DNA of 64,000 nucleotides, from contig DATKCF010000172.1 of NCBI GenBank assembly GCA_035513345.1, positions 24,043 through 88,042 on the forward strand, written 5' to 3'. Shown here one piece after another: positions 1 through 9,283 of this stretch. The notes under the pieces were generated by a model that saw only the letters and a program-made list of their open reading frames with translations, was not told where the DNA came from and did not search any database. Position 1 is the stretch's first letter; each line of letters begins with the position of its first letter. This DNA comes from Longimicrobiales bacterium (GTDB taxonomy: Bacteria > Gemmatimonadota > Gemmatimonadetes > Longimicrobiales > RSA9). A program made the position numbers and the translations under genes.

Positions 1-975
1 AAGGCCTCGCCATGGGAACTCGAGGACGCCGAGGAAGAACGCGTCGAGATCGTCGAGTACCACTCCCCGACGCGATTCGTCTTCGAGGAAGGCAGGCTCG
101 CGGGGATGGAGTTCGATGTCGTCGAATGGTACGACGACGGCGGCCGCCAGAAGGCCCGCACACTCGACACCGTCATCATTCCCTGCGATTGCGTCATCCT
201 CGCGATCGGCCAGGACAACGCGTTTCCGTGGATCGAGCGTGACATCGGCATCGAGTTCGGCCAGTGGGACATGCCCGTCGTCGATCGCACCACGTTCCAG
301 TCCACTCGCGACGGCGTGTTCTTCGGCGGCGATGCCGCGTGGGGCCCCGAGAATATCATCTGGGCCGTCGAGCACGGTCACCAGGCGGCAATCTCGATCC
401 ACAACTACTGCAACGGCATCCCGTTGACCGAGCGCGCGCCGTGGGGCATGAATCTCGCCTCGATGAAGATGGGCATGCACCAATGGAGCTACAGCAATTA
501 CTACGACACGGCGCAGCGCGCGAAGATGACCCACGTCGACCTGCGCGAGCGCTTCGAGAAGTTGAACATCGAAGTCGAGGTGGGCTTCAACGCCGAGCAG
601 ACCGCACGCGAAGTCGAGCGCTGCCTGAACTGCGACGTGCAGACCCACTTCACGACCGAGCTGTGCATCGAATGCGACGCGTGCATCGACGTCTGTCCCG
701 TCGACTGCCTGACGATGACCGCGAACAGCGAGGAACCGGTTCTGCGCGAGCAACTGACCGCGCCCGCCCGCAACCTCCAGCAACTGCTTTTCGTGTCCGA
801 CGACCTGCCGCAGACCGGCCGCGTCATGGTGAAGGACGAGGACCTGTGCCTGCACTGCGGCCTCTGTGCCGAACGCTGTCCGACAGCTGCCTGGGACATG
901 CGCAAGTCAGAGCTTCTCATCCCGTACGCGGGCAGGCCCGTACCCACGCGGCGCAGCCCGCAACCCGTTTCGTGA
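1..975 (+). CDS. GltD-like FAD/NAD(P)-dependent oxidoreductase fused to a C-terminal 2x[4Fe-4S] ferredoxin domain; 5' end lies outside the window
   Basis: Frame 1 is open from base 1 (KASPWELEDAEEERVEIVEY...) and continuous with ORF 106..975. FFGGDAAWGPENIIWAVEHGHQAA resembles the C-terminal FAD-binding end of glutamate-synthase-small-subunit-like oxidoreductases. Ferredoxin Cys motifs CIECDACIDVCP and CLHCGLCAERCP. Confidence 0.8.
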   Translation, partial: KASPWELEDAEEERVEIVEYHSPTRFVFEEGRLAGMEFDVVEWYDDGGRQKARTLDTVIIPCDCVILAIGQDNAFPWIERDIGIEFGQWDMPVVDRTTFQSTRDGVFFGGDAAWGPENIIWAVEHGHQAAISIHNYCNGIPLTERAPWGMNLASMKMGMHQWSYSNYYDTAQRAKMTHVDLRERFEKLNIEVEVGFNAEQTAREVERCLNCDVQTHFTTELCIECDACIDVCPVDCLTMTANSEEPVLREQLTAPARNLQQLLFVSDDLPQTGRVMVKDEDLCLHCGLCAERCPTAAWDMRKSELLIPYAGRPVPTRRSPQPVS

Positions 976-1021
976 GCCGCGGAACCGACACGGCGGCCGA
1001 CCTGCGGACCGACACCGGAAC

Positions 1022-2869
1022 ATGAAAGTCAACGACTTCGCCTTCAGGATCGCCACGGTCAATGGCACCGGCTCGGCCAGCGCGAACGGCCTGCTCATGC
1101 AGGCCATCTTCCGCATGGGCATTCCGGTATCCGGCAAGAACGTGTTTCCGTCCAACATCCAGGGCCTGCCAACCTGGTACGAGATCCGCGTCAACCACCA
1201 CGGGTACACGGCGAGAACTCCCGAATTCGATCTCGTCGTCGCCATGAACTCGTCGACCTACGATCGCGATGTCGCCGACCTCGAGCCCGGCGGCTGGCTG
1301 ATCTACGACTCGACCTGGCCCATGCCGAAGGCACTCGACCGACCCGATATCACAACCCTCGGGATCCCGCTCGCCGGCATGTGCAACGAAGCGTTCGAGG
1401 GCAGTCGCGAACGTATCCTGATGAAGAACATCGCCTATGTCGGCGCGCTCGCGGCACTCATCAACATCGACCTCGGTATCATCGAGCAACTCCTCGAGGA
1501 ACAGTTCGGCAGCAAGAAGCGCGCACTGCTCGATTCCAACTACAGGGCGCTTCGCATCGGATACGACTACGCAAGGTCCAGCTTCGACTGCCCGCTGCCG
1601 ATCCGCCTCGAGAAGATGGCGCCGCCCGATGACTGGATCCTCATCGACGGCAACACCGCCGCCGCCCTCGGATGCGTCTACGCTGGCGCCACCGTCGGCG
1701 CATGGTATCCGATCACGCCCTCGACGTCCCTCATGGACGCGTTCCGCGGCTTCTGCGAACGGTTCCGCAAGGATCCCGACACCGGGAAGAACCGTTTCAT
1801 TGTCGTTCAGGCCGAGGACGAACTGTCCGCCGCAGGCATTGTCATCGGCGCGAGCTGGGCCGGCGCACGCTCGTTCACGCCCACCAGCGGGCCCGGCATC
1901 TCGCTCATGAGCGAGTTCATTGGCCTCGCGTACTATGCCGAGGTTCCCGCCGTGTTCTTCAACGTGCAGAGGACCGGACCGTCCACCGGCATGCCCACAC
2001 GGACCCAGCAGGGCGACCTGCTGCTCTGCGCGTTCGCCTCACATGGCGACACCAAGCACCCGCTCCTGTTTCCGGCAGACCCGCACGAGGCGTTTCATTT
2101 CGCCGTCGATGCGTTCGACATCGCCGAGCGCTTCCAGACGCCCGTGTTCGTGCTTTCCGACCTCGATATCGGCATGAACGACTGGATGGTCCGCCGCTTC
2201 CAATGGGATGACGCCCGGCAACCGGATCGCGGAAAGGTGCTTACTGGCGAACAGCTCGACGAAATCGCCGTGTTCCACCGGTATCTCGATGTCGATGGCG
2301 ATCATATCGCCGCGCGTACGCTGCCCGGTGTGCACCCGAAGGGCGCCTACTTCAACCGCGGCTCGGGTCACAACAAGTGGGGCGCCTACACCGAGGATTC
2401 CGACGAGTACATCGAGGTCGTCGACAGGCTCAAACGCAAGATCCAGAGCGTGGCGGACGCCGTGCCCGCACCCGTCGTTCGCACGAATGATGGCGCCACG
2501 ATCGGCATCATTTCGATCGGCGGCTGCGATGGCGCCGTCATCGAGGCCATCGACTGGCTCGCCAACCGCGGCATCCCCACCGACTACATGCGCGTCCGCG
2601 GGTTCCCGTTTCCCGACAGCGTTCGCGACTTCATCGCCGCACACGCGATCGTATACGTCGTCGAACAGAATCGTGACGCCCAGCTCCGGACGCTGCTCGC
2701 CCTCGAGACCGGCGTCGCCGTCAATTCGCTTCGCTCCGTCTGCCGCTACGGTGGACTGCCAATGAGCCGGAAAGCCGTCGTCGACGGCATCCTCGAACAG
2801 CTCGAGCACCCCGCGGCAGGTGCGCTACTCGCCGATAACCACGGCGCTCGAATGGAGGTGCCAGTGTGA
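1022..2869 (+). CDS. korA: 2-oxoacid:ferredoxin oxidoreductase, fused gamma-alpha subunit (KorA-like)
   Basis: MKVNDFAFRIATVNGTGSASANGLLMQAIFRMGIPVSGKNVFPSNIQGLPTWYEIRV is a typical OFOR gamma domain, followed by alpha-subunit motifs (AWYPITPST, SFTPTSGPGISLM). ATG 1022 chosen because the 52 upstream codons of ORF 866 overlap gene 1 and are Arg/Pro-rich. Confidence 0.88.
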   Translation: MKVNDFAFRIATVNGTGSASANGLLMQAIFRMGIPVSGKNVFPSNIQGLPTWYEIRVNHHGYTARTPEFDLVVAMNSSTYDRDVADLEPGGWLIYDSTWPMPKALDRPDITTLGIPLAGMCNEAFEGSRERILMKNIAYVGALAALINIDLGIIEQLLEEQFGSKKRALLDSNYRALRIGYDYARSSFDCPLPIRLEKMAPPDDWILIDGNTAAALGCVYAGATVGAWYPITPSTSLMDAFRGFCERFRKDPDTGKNRFIVVQAEDELSAAGIVIGASWAGARSFTPTSGPGISLMSEFIGLAYYAEVPAVFFNVQRTGPSTGMPTRTQQGDLLLCAFASHGDTKHPLLFPADPHEAFHFAVDAFDIAERFQTPVFVLSDLDIGMNDWMVRRFQWDDARQPDRGKVLTGEQLDEIAVFHRYLDVDGDHIAARTLPGVHPKGAYFNRGSGHNKWGAYTEDSDEYIEVVDRLKRKIQSVADAVPAPVVRTNDGATIGIISIGGCDGAVIEAIDWLANRGIPTDYMRVRGFPFPDSVRDFIAAHAIVYVVEQNRDAQLRTLLALETGVAVNSLRSVCRYGGLPMSRKAVVDGILEQLEHPAAGALLADNHGARMEVPV

Positions 2870-3924
2870 CAACGTCAATCGTAAAACCCAGGGTCCGCCA
2901 CCCCGGACTGCCCGTCAACGCCATCGGCCTCACCCGCCGCGACTATGAAGGCTCGATGTCCACCCTTTGCGCAGGGTGCGGCCACGATTCCATAACCGGC
3001 GCCATCATCCGCGCGTTCTTCGAGCTCGACATCCCCCCGCACAAGGTCGCCAAGCTCAGCGGCATCGGCTGCTCGTCCAAGACACCCACGTACTTCCTGC
3101 GCGAAGCCCACGGCTTCAACGCCGTCCACGGCCGCATGCCCTCGATCGGGACCGGCGCGTCCGCCGCCCGCCGCGATCTCGTCTATATCGGCGTGTCCGG
3201 CGATGGCGACTCCCTGTCCATCGGACTCGGCCAGTTCTGTCACGTCATTCGACGTAACGTGCAAATGCTCTATATCCTCGAGAACAACGGCGTGTACGGA
3301 CTCACCAAAGGCCAGTTCTCCGCGTCCGCCGACATCGGCTCGAAGCCCAAGCGCGGTGCGCCCAATCGCCAGGCACCCATCGATCCCGTCCTGCTCGCGC
3401 TGACCCTCGGTGCCACGTTCATAGCTCGCAGCTTCTCCGGTGACAAGGAACAGCTCGTCCCCATCATCAAGGCCGGCCTCCGTCACCGCGGCTTCGCTTT
3501 CATCGACGTCATCTCGCCATGCGTCACGTTCAACGACCACGAAGGCTCGACCAAGAGCTACAGCTTCACACGCAACCACATGCGCGAAGTCGTCCACGCC
3601 GACTTCGTCCAGCCACAGACGGAAATTTCCGTCAGCTACGCCCCAGGCGATAGTACCGCCGTCACCATGCACGATGGCTCGACCGTCACGCTCCACAAGA
3701 TCGACAACGATTACGACCCCACCGACCGCGATGCCGCTTACGCCTACATCCGCGCCCGCCAGAACGCCGACGAAGTCACCACCGGACTGCTCTATCTCGG
3801 CAAGGGCGCACCCGAAATGCACGACACCGAGAATACCGTCGATACGCCCCTCGCCGAATTGCCCTTCGATCAGCTCTGCCCCGGCTCCATTGCACTCGGC
3901 CAGCTAATGGATCGGTACCGCTAG
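2866..3924 (+). CDS. korB: 2-oxoacid:ferredoxin oxidoreductase beta subunit (TPP-binding, KorB-like)
   Basis: CAGCGHDSI Cys motif and TPP-binding GDGDSLSIGLGQF...ENNGVYGLTKGQ. GTG start overlaps the korA stop (GTGA) with GGAGG 7 nt upstream. Confidence 0.88.
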   Translation: MTTSIVKPRVRHPGLPVNAIGLTRRDYEGSMSTLCAGCGHDSITGAIIRAFFELDIPPHKVAKLSGIGCSSKTPTYFLREAHGFNAVHGRMPSIGTGASAARRDLVYIGVSGDGDSLSIGLGQFCHVIRRNVQMLYILENNGVYGLTKGQFSASADIGSKPKRGAPNRQAPIDPVLLALTLGATFIARSFSGDKEQLVPIIKAGLRHRGFAFIDVISPCVTFNDHEGSTKSYSFTRNHMREVVHADFVQPQTEISVSYAPGDSTAVTMHDGSTVTLHKIDNDYDPTDRDAAYAYIRARQNADEVTTGLLYLGKGAPEMHDTENTVDTPLAELPFDQLCPGSIALGQLMDRYR

Positions 3925-4036
3925 ACTGGCTCGTCACGCGGGTCGGTAACGATCCACTGGCTCTTGCGCCAGCGCCGCCCACACCCGAAACTCCCCGGCC
4001 AGGGCACCAATCCGCCCAACGCCACAGGAGCAGAAG

Positions 4037-4498
4037 ATGCAGGATCCGTTCGCTTCGTTCTTCTCGACCCGCATGACCCCCATCAAGAACGGTGAAGACC
4101 GCCGCATCGAAGCCATCCGCATCGCCGCATGCGCACTGCTCCTCGAACTCGCATACGCCGACTCGGACTTCAATGACGCCGAACGGCTTCACATCGAAGC
4201 CGTCATGCGCAGACACTTCAACCTCGACGAGACAACCGCCAGGGAGATCATCGAACTGGCAGACGCAGCCCGCGAAAACGAACCCGATGTCCACCGCTTC
4301 GCCGCACTCATCCGCGACAACTACGATATCGGCCAGAAAATGCTGCTCGCCGAGATCATGTGGGGCCTCGTCCTCGCCGATGGCGGCATCGCGCGCCGCG
4401 AAGCCTACCTGCTTCGCCGTATCGCCAACCTGCTCGACCTCGAAGCCGGTTACCTCGACCGCGCCCGCAACTCGGCCGCCGACCGCGTCCAGCACTGA
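4037..4498 (+). CDS. TerB-family (tellurite-resistance-like) protein
   Basis: 153 aa. AACALLLELAYADSDFNDAERLHIEAVM and LAEIMWGLVLADGGIARREAYLLRRIANLL are the paired helical TerB-type repeats. AGGAG upstream of ATG 4037. Confidence 0.7.
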   Translation: MQDPFASFFSTRMTPIKNGEDRRIEAIRIAACALLLELAYADSDFNDAERLHIEAVMRRHFNLDETTAREIIELADAARENEPDVHRFAALIRDNYDIGQKMLLAEIMWGLVLADGGIARREAYLLRRIANLLDLEAGYLDRARNSAADRVQH

Positions 4499-4553
4499 GC
4501 TGCCAGTGGTTCGGTGACGAGCCACCAGGCCCGCACCCGCCGAGCCGGCCGCC

Positions 4554-4949
4554 TCAAACCTTCGGAACTTCGCTCATCAGCGCCAGCACGTTCGACTCCG
4601 TGTCGCGCATGAACGCCAGCCACAATACCCGGTCCCCCAGATCCGCCACCTCGTGTGGCTCCGATTCGAACTCCACACCACGCGCCTTCAGCACGTCCGC
4701 CATGCCCCCGATGTCCGGCACAACGTAGTAGATGATCGACGCCGGATGGTCGAACCGTTCCTCCACCGCCACACCAAGCATCAACCGGATCCCGCTGCAG
4801 TCGAAAAACGCCATCCGCGGCACCTCGAACAGAAACCGCATCCCCAGAACGTCACGGTAGAACGCCACCGCACGCGCCAGGTCGTGTACGTTCACCGCAA
4901 TCTGTCCGATCCGGTCCAGACCACCCGTGCCACCTGCTTCGTCGGTCAT
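4554..4949 (-). CDS. VOC/glyoxalase-bleomycin resistance family protein
   Basis: LDRIGQIAVNVHDLARAVAFYRDVLGMRF is the typical VOC N-terminal beta-alpha-beta motif. Start moved to ATG 4949 because GGAGGGAGGTG lies 5 nt upstream; the track start is 4979. Confidence 0.8.
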   Translation of the reverse strand: MTDEAGGTGGLDRIGQIAVNVHDLARAVAFYRDVLGMRFLFEVPRMAFFDCSGIRLMLGVAVEERFDHPASIIYYVVPDIGGMADVLKARGVEFESEPHEVADLGDRVLWLAFMRDTESNVLALMSEVPKV

Positions 4950-5086
4950 CGGTTCACCTCCCTCCAGTCCGGTTGCCATGACACGCTCCGTTTGCCAGCC
5001 CTCCCGGCCGGCCGCCAGGATCTCCTTGCGGGCCCGCCCGGTCAGGCCCCGCCGTACCAGCCGACCGGCCCGGGCCCTTGCATTAG

Positions 5087-5103
5087 TTAGTTAGTGTAAC
5101 TAA
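5087..5103. promoter_or_regulatory. Perfect 7-3-7 palindrome TTAGTTA-GTG-TAACTAA; candidate MarR operator in the divergent VOC/MarR intergenic region
   Basis: Read directly. It lies in the only AT-rich patch of this intergenic region and ends 5 nt before the MarR ORF start. Confidence 0.5.
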
Positions 5104-5107
5104 ATAA

Positions 5108-5551
5108 TTGGGGATGACAGAATACGCAAGCCACCACGCCGCCACCGCCTCTCGGCTCCATGCCTTCGCCATCCACCTGCTCCGTCACGTCCGCTCCGCC
5201 GACGCTGATGCCGGGCTGTCCGCCGCCCGGCTGTCCGCGTTGTCCGTGCTCGTGTTTGGTGGTGAGCGGACGATCGGGGAGCTTGCCTCGGCCGAGCAGG
5301 TCAGTGCTCCCACGATGACGCGACTCGTGAGCGCGCTCGAGCGGGACGGGCTTGTCCGTCGCCGCCGATCGGGTCACGACGCGCGTGTAGTGCGGATCAG
5401 CGCGACGGCCAGGGGACGCCGAATGCTCGAAGCGGGCCGGGACCGCCGTGTGGTGCTGGTGACGGAGCTTCTGGCCGGCCTCGACGAAGCGGACCGAGCG
5501 ACAGTGCGGGCGGCACTGGACGTGCTCGAGGGTACCCTCGCGGGCGACTGA
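5108..5551 (+). CDS. MarR family transcriptional regulator
   Basis: 147 aa. LSAARLSALSVLVFGGERTIGELASAEQVSAPTMTRLVSALERDGLVRR is a winged-HTH of MarR type. The track start is TTG 5108; ATG 5114 is an alternative. Confidence 0.85.
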   Translation: MGMTEYASHHAATASRLHAFAIHLLRHVRSADADAGLSAARLSALSVLVFGGERTIGELASAEQVSAPTMTRLVSALERDGLVRRRRSGHDARVVRISATARGRRMLEAGRDRRVVLVTELLAGLDEADRATVRAALDVLEGTLAGD

Positions 5552-5578
5552 GCTCCTGGTGAGAAAATCCGGCTCGGG

Positions 5579-6745
5579 TCAGCTCGAGTAGTACGCGGCG
5601 TTTTCATCGATGTAGCCGGCGGACAGGTCGCAGCCCCATCCGACGGCGCGGCCATCGCCAACGCCGAGCGTAATCGTGATATCGACGGTGTCACCCGCGA
5701 GGGCTTCGCGGACTCTGGCTTCATCGAACGAGGCGCGTACACCGCCGATGACGACGGGTGTGCCGTTGATGGACGCGTCGGTCGAATCCGGAACGATGGT
5801 GCAGTCGAAACACTTGCCGATGGCCATGAGGATACGGCCGACGTTGGGGTCGGCGCCGTGGGCCATGGTCTTGATGAGCGGCGAATTGATGATCGTGCGG
5901 GCGACGTTCCGCGCATCGTCCTCAGAAGTGGCGCCGTCGACGGAAACGCGCAGCAGGCGGGTTGCGCCCTCGCCATCGCGTGCGAGCATCTCGGTCACGC
6001 GGACGCAACCTGCGATGAGGGCGGGCTCGAACTCGCTGGCGGGTACGGGACCAGCCAACCCGTTCGCGAGGATGGCGCAGGTGTCGGACGTGCTGGTGTC
6101 GCTGTCGATGGAAAGCATGTTGAACGATACGTGCACGGCGCGACGCAGCATGCGGTCGAGCGCCGCCGCGTCAAAGGCGGCATCCGTGAAGATGTAGACG
6201 AGCATTGTCGCCATATCGGGCTGGATCATGCCCGCGCCCTTGGCGACCCACGTGATGGTCGCGTTACCGACCCGGGCCGACAGGGCCTTCGGCTTCGTGT
6301 CTGTAGTCATGATGCCTTCCGCTCCGACCACGGGATCATCCTGGAGTGCGGCGGCCATGCCGCGCAGTCCGTTCTCGATCTTCTCGATCGGCAATGGCAC
6401 ACCGATCACGCCGGTCGAGCTGACGAGGACGCGATTCTCGGTCGTGCCGGCTTCGGTCGCTGCGGCGGCCGCCATCCGCTTCGCGTTCTCCAGACCGATC
6501 GGTCCGGTCGCGACGTTGCTGAACCTGCTGTTCGCGACAATGGCGCGAAGCGTTCCTCCGCGTATCGTCTGTCGCCCGAGCAACACTGGCGCACCGGGGA
6601 AGTGGCTGCGTGTGAACACGGCGGCGGCGGCGGCGTCCACTTCACTGGTGAACAGTGTGAGATCGCGGGCGCTCGGCTTCAGCCCGCAGTTCTTCGATGC
6701 GCAGCGGAATCCGCGCGGGAACACGGGCGCTTCGTGGAATTGCAT
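5579..6745 (-). CDS. argJ: Bifunctional glutamate N-acetyltransferase / amino-acid acetyltransferase (ornithine acetyltransferase)
   Basis: PRGFRCASKNCGLKPSARDLTLFTSEV, IMTTDTKPK and the autoprocessing-site region GAGMIQPDMATMLVYIFTDA are ArgJ hallmarks. Start is ambiguous (ATG 6745 or GTG 6802). Confidence 0.9.
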   Translation of the reverse strand: MQFHEAPVFPRGFRCASKNCGLKPSARDLTLFTSEVDAAAAAVFTRSHFPGAPVLLGRQTIRGGTLRAIVANSRFSNVATGPIGLENAKRMAAAAATEAGTTENRVLVSSTGVIGVPLPIEKIENGLRGMAAALQDDPVVGAEGIMTTDTKPKALSARVGNATITWVAKGAGMIQPDMATMLVYIFTDAAFDAAALDRMLRRAVHVSFNMLSIDSDTSTSDTCAILANGLAGPVPASEFEPALIAGCVRVTEMLARDGEGATRLLRVSVDGATSEDDARNVARTIINSPLIKTMAHGADPNVGRILMAIGKCFDCTIVPDSTDASINGTPVVIGGVRASFDEARVREALAGDTVDITITLGVGDGRAVGWGCDLSAGYIDENAAYYSS

Positions 6746-7075
6746 GGATCGCGAGTCGTTCAGGTTCGGGTAGAGGTGGTGGACGAGGTACTCCGGCGCC
6801 ACCTGCGCGCTGCCGGCGTCGGTGCACGACGCGAACCCCGATCACGTGGAATCTGTCACGAAGTCTAGGCGTTCGCGGTGCGCAGCGCCAAGCCCCCCAC
6901 GGCCCGGGGTGCATCGCGGCGCCCGGGAAGATGATGGGGTCTCTGTGGTTCGTCGTCTGGCCGCCGCAACAATGGCTCGCTATTGTAGTCGTTCACAGGA
7001 TCGACCGGTGCGGAATCGGGGTCGGGCGTCCCCGTTCCTTCACGAGCAAGGCTCCGGCAGGGAGGTTGCCGTCGA

Positions 7076-7318
7076 ATGGCGAAGCAGGAAGGAATCGAGA
7101 TGGAGGGTGTGGTCACGGAGGTGCTCCCCGACCGCAACTTTCGCGTGCTCCTGGACAACGGACACACCGTCCTGGCTTACTCGGCCGGCAAGATGTCGAA
7201 GTACAAGATCCGTGTGCTCGTCGGAGACCGGGTGTCCCTCGAGTTGTCGCCCTACGACCTGTCCCGTGGCCGCATCACCTACCGTCACAAAGCCGGCGGC
7301 GGCCCGCCGCCCCGCTGA
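7076..7318 (+). CDS. infA: Translation initiation factor IF-1
   Basis: [70 protein letters not shown] is a near-canonical IF-1 S1 domain. Confidence 0.95.
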   Translation: MAKQEGIEMEGVVTEVLPDRNFRVLLDNGHTVLAYSAGKMSKYKIRVLVGDRVSLELSPYDLSRGRITYRHKAGGGPPPR

Positions 7319-7342
7319 CGTGACACGAGTCCACGACCGCGC

Positions 7343-7822
7343 GTGAGTCAGCCAGAGGTGCCGTGCGAGCGGCCCGTCACCCCGAACGATCCCGACGACA
7401 GGATTTCTGCGCCTGCACGCTCCGGCCCGAGCCCCGTGGGCAAGGACAGGAACGTCATCATCCGGGACCTGGTCATCTTCCAGATCAAGCTTCTGCTGGA
7501 TGGCCTGAAGGACATTGTGCTGTCGCCGATGTCGATTGTTGCCGCCGCGCTCGACATCCTCTCGCCGACGAAGCAGCGTGGCAAGCGTTTCTACGCCGTG
7601 CTGACGCTCGGTGAGCGGTTCGACAAGTGGCTCAACCTGTTCAACGTTTCAGAACGTGCGGCCGCCCACGAGGAAGGCCTCTTCGGTGCCAGCCGCGCGG
7701 GCGCGAACACGCTGCTCGGCAAACTCGAGCAACTCGTGATCGGCCATGCCGAGGATGATGACAGGAAGGACGGCGAGAGTACGGGTGCCGACGACGACCC
7801 GCCGGCTGAGACACAATCGTGA
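7343..7822 (+). CDS. Hypothetical protein
   Basis: 159-aa ORF with protein-like composition (IIRDLVIFQIKLLLDGLKDIVLSPMSIVAAALDIL). GTG start, no clear RBS, no recognised family. Confidence 0.45.
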   Translation: MSQPEVPCERPVTPNDPDDRISAPARSGPSPVGKDRNVIIRDLVIFQIKLLLDGLKDIVLSPMSIVAAALDILSPTKQRGKRFYAVLTLGERFDKWLNLFNVSERAAAHEEGLFGASRAGANTLLGKLEQLVIGHAEDDDRKDGESTGADDDPPAETQS

Positions 7823-7943
7823 CCGACGCCTCGGTCGCCAGCCCCGTCGCGCGACACTGGCAACGATCTTGCGCTCCGCACACCGGCAGCCTACATCGCC
7901 CGTACGATCATGACATCTCGACTCAGGAGAAAGGACGTTCCCG

Positions 7944-8561
7944 ATGCCACATCCGTTCAAGTTGCCGGATCTGCCATATGCGTTCAACGCGCTCGAGCCG
8001 CATATCGATGCGAAGACCATGGAAATCCACCACGACAAGCATCACGCCGCATACACGAGCAAGCTGAACGAAGCGCTTGACGGCCACGCGTCGTTCCAGG
8101 CCAGGTCGATCGAGGACCTGCTCCGCGGCATTGACGACGTCCCGGACGCGATCCGCACTGCCGTGAGGAACAACGGCGGCGGGTACGCGAACCACGCGTT
8201 GTTCTGGACAATCATGTCGGCCAGCGGCGGCGGCGAGCCGTCGGGCTCAATCGGCGACGCCATCAACTCGAAGTTCGGCTCGTTCGGAGAGTTCAAGTCG
8301 AAGCTGAGCGCCGCGGCGGCCGGCCAGTTCGGCAGCGGCTGGGGCTGGCTCGTTGTCGATGGATCCGGCAACCTCGACGTCTACTCCACGCCGAACCAGG
8401 ACAGCCCGTACATGAAGGGCCACACGCCGATCCTCGGCGTCGATGTCTGGGAACATGCCTACTACCTGAACTACCAGAACCGGCGGCCGGACTACCTTGC
8501 GGCGTGGTGGAACGTCGTCAACTGGCCGGAAGTCCAGAAGCGGTACGACGCGGCGAGGTAA
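7944..8561 (+). CDS. Fe/Mn superoxide dismutase
   Basis: [31 protein letters not shown] and [18 protein letters not shown] are the signature Fe/Mn-SOD motifs. Confidence 0.95.
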   Translation: MPHPFKLPDLPYAFNALEPHIDAKTMEIHHDKHHAAYTSKLNEALDGHASFQARSIEDLLRGIDDVPDAIRTAVRNNGGGYANHALFWTIMSASGGGEPSGSIGDAINSKFGSFGEFKSKLSAAAAGQFGSGWGWLVVDGSGNLDVYSTPNQDSPYMKGHTPILGVDVWEHAYYLNYQNRRPDYLAAWWNVVNWPEVQKRYDAAR

Positions 8562-8600
8562 CAGCCTTCGGGCGGTGACACGCGGAGTCCGGGAAGGGGC

Positions 8601-8623
8601 GGGGCGGCTGGTTCAGCCGCCCC
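8601..8623. terminator. Hairpin between convergent genes (candidate bidirectional terminator)
   Basis: GGGGCGGCTG-gtt-CAGCCGCCCC, a perfect 10-bp GC stem followed by TCTTCGTGT. It overlaps the last codons and stop of the minus-strand gene. Confidence 0.55.
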
Positions 8624-9140
8624 TCTTCGTGTACAGCCCGTCGAACGCGGCGGACCACGTTGCGCCACCGTCGCTGCTCTGCTGCCAGTACTGGCGCACG
8701 CGGTCCGGTGACGTGCCGACCTGCGACCACGTCACCCGGTTCATGATGGTCACGCCGTTGGCACCCAGCGTGTTGCCTTCCAGAACCATCGCGCCATCGA
8801 CGAGCTTGCCTTCCAGTCGCAGCAGAGCGCCGGCATCGCTGACCCATGTCTGGTGCCAGACCTGGCGGGTCCGATCCCAGATATTGTAGCTCTTCCCGGA
8901 CATGCCGCCCGCGCCCGTCCACTCCTCGAGCAGAACGCAGTCCTTGAGGATCAGCGATATGCGGTTCTCCCCCGCCCTGTTTCCGTTCGGCAGAGTAACA
9001 TCCCAGGTCCCGACCCAGAAATCGAACTGCCTGTGCTCCGCCGCACTGCAATCCGGCGGTTGTGGTTGCTGGGCGTCGACGCCGGCGGCGACGGCCAGTG
9101 TGAACACGATCGCACCGCACGCCGCTCGCGCCAGGTGCAT
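8613..9140 (-). CDS. Hypothetical secreted protein
   Basis: Signal peptide MHLARAACGAIVFTLAVAAGVDAQ. AGAGGAGG 5 nt upstream of ATG 9140. No family recognised with confidence. Confidence 0.6.
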   Translation of the reverse strand: MHLARAACGAIVFTLAVAAGVDAQQPQPPDCSAAEHRQFDFWVGTWDVTLPNGNRAGENRISLILKDCVLLEEWTGAGGMSGKSYNIWDRTRQVWHQTWVSDAGALLRLEGKLVDGAMVLEGNTLGANGVTIMNRVTWSQVGTSPDRVRQYWQQSSDGGATWSAAFDGLYTKRGG

Positions 9141-9283
9141 GGAGTCCTCCTCTGTCTGATCCGGAATCGGTAGCCGCCGCACAGGCGGGGGGCCGTCACT
9201 GTGACAACGGACCATCTGACGCGCTCGTGACGCGACCGGTGACGAGCTGCCGCGCGCGCGTGATGGGCAGCTTCCGTCGTGGA

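Noticed and set aside
866-1021. N-terminal extensions offered by the ORF track (for example korA from 866, trkA from 21843, SPFH to 21999, cyclase to 61550, response regulator from 48115)
   Set aside because: The extensions overlap neighbouring genes, are Arg/Pro-rich, and the downstream starts have canonical N-termini and, in several cases, clear Shine-Dalgarno sequences.
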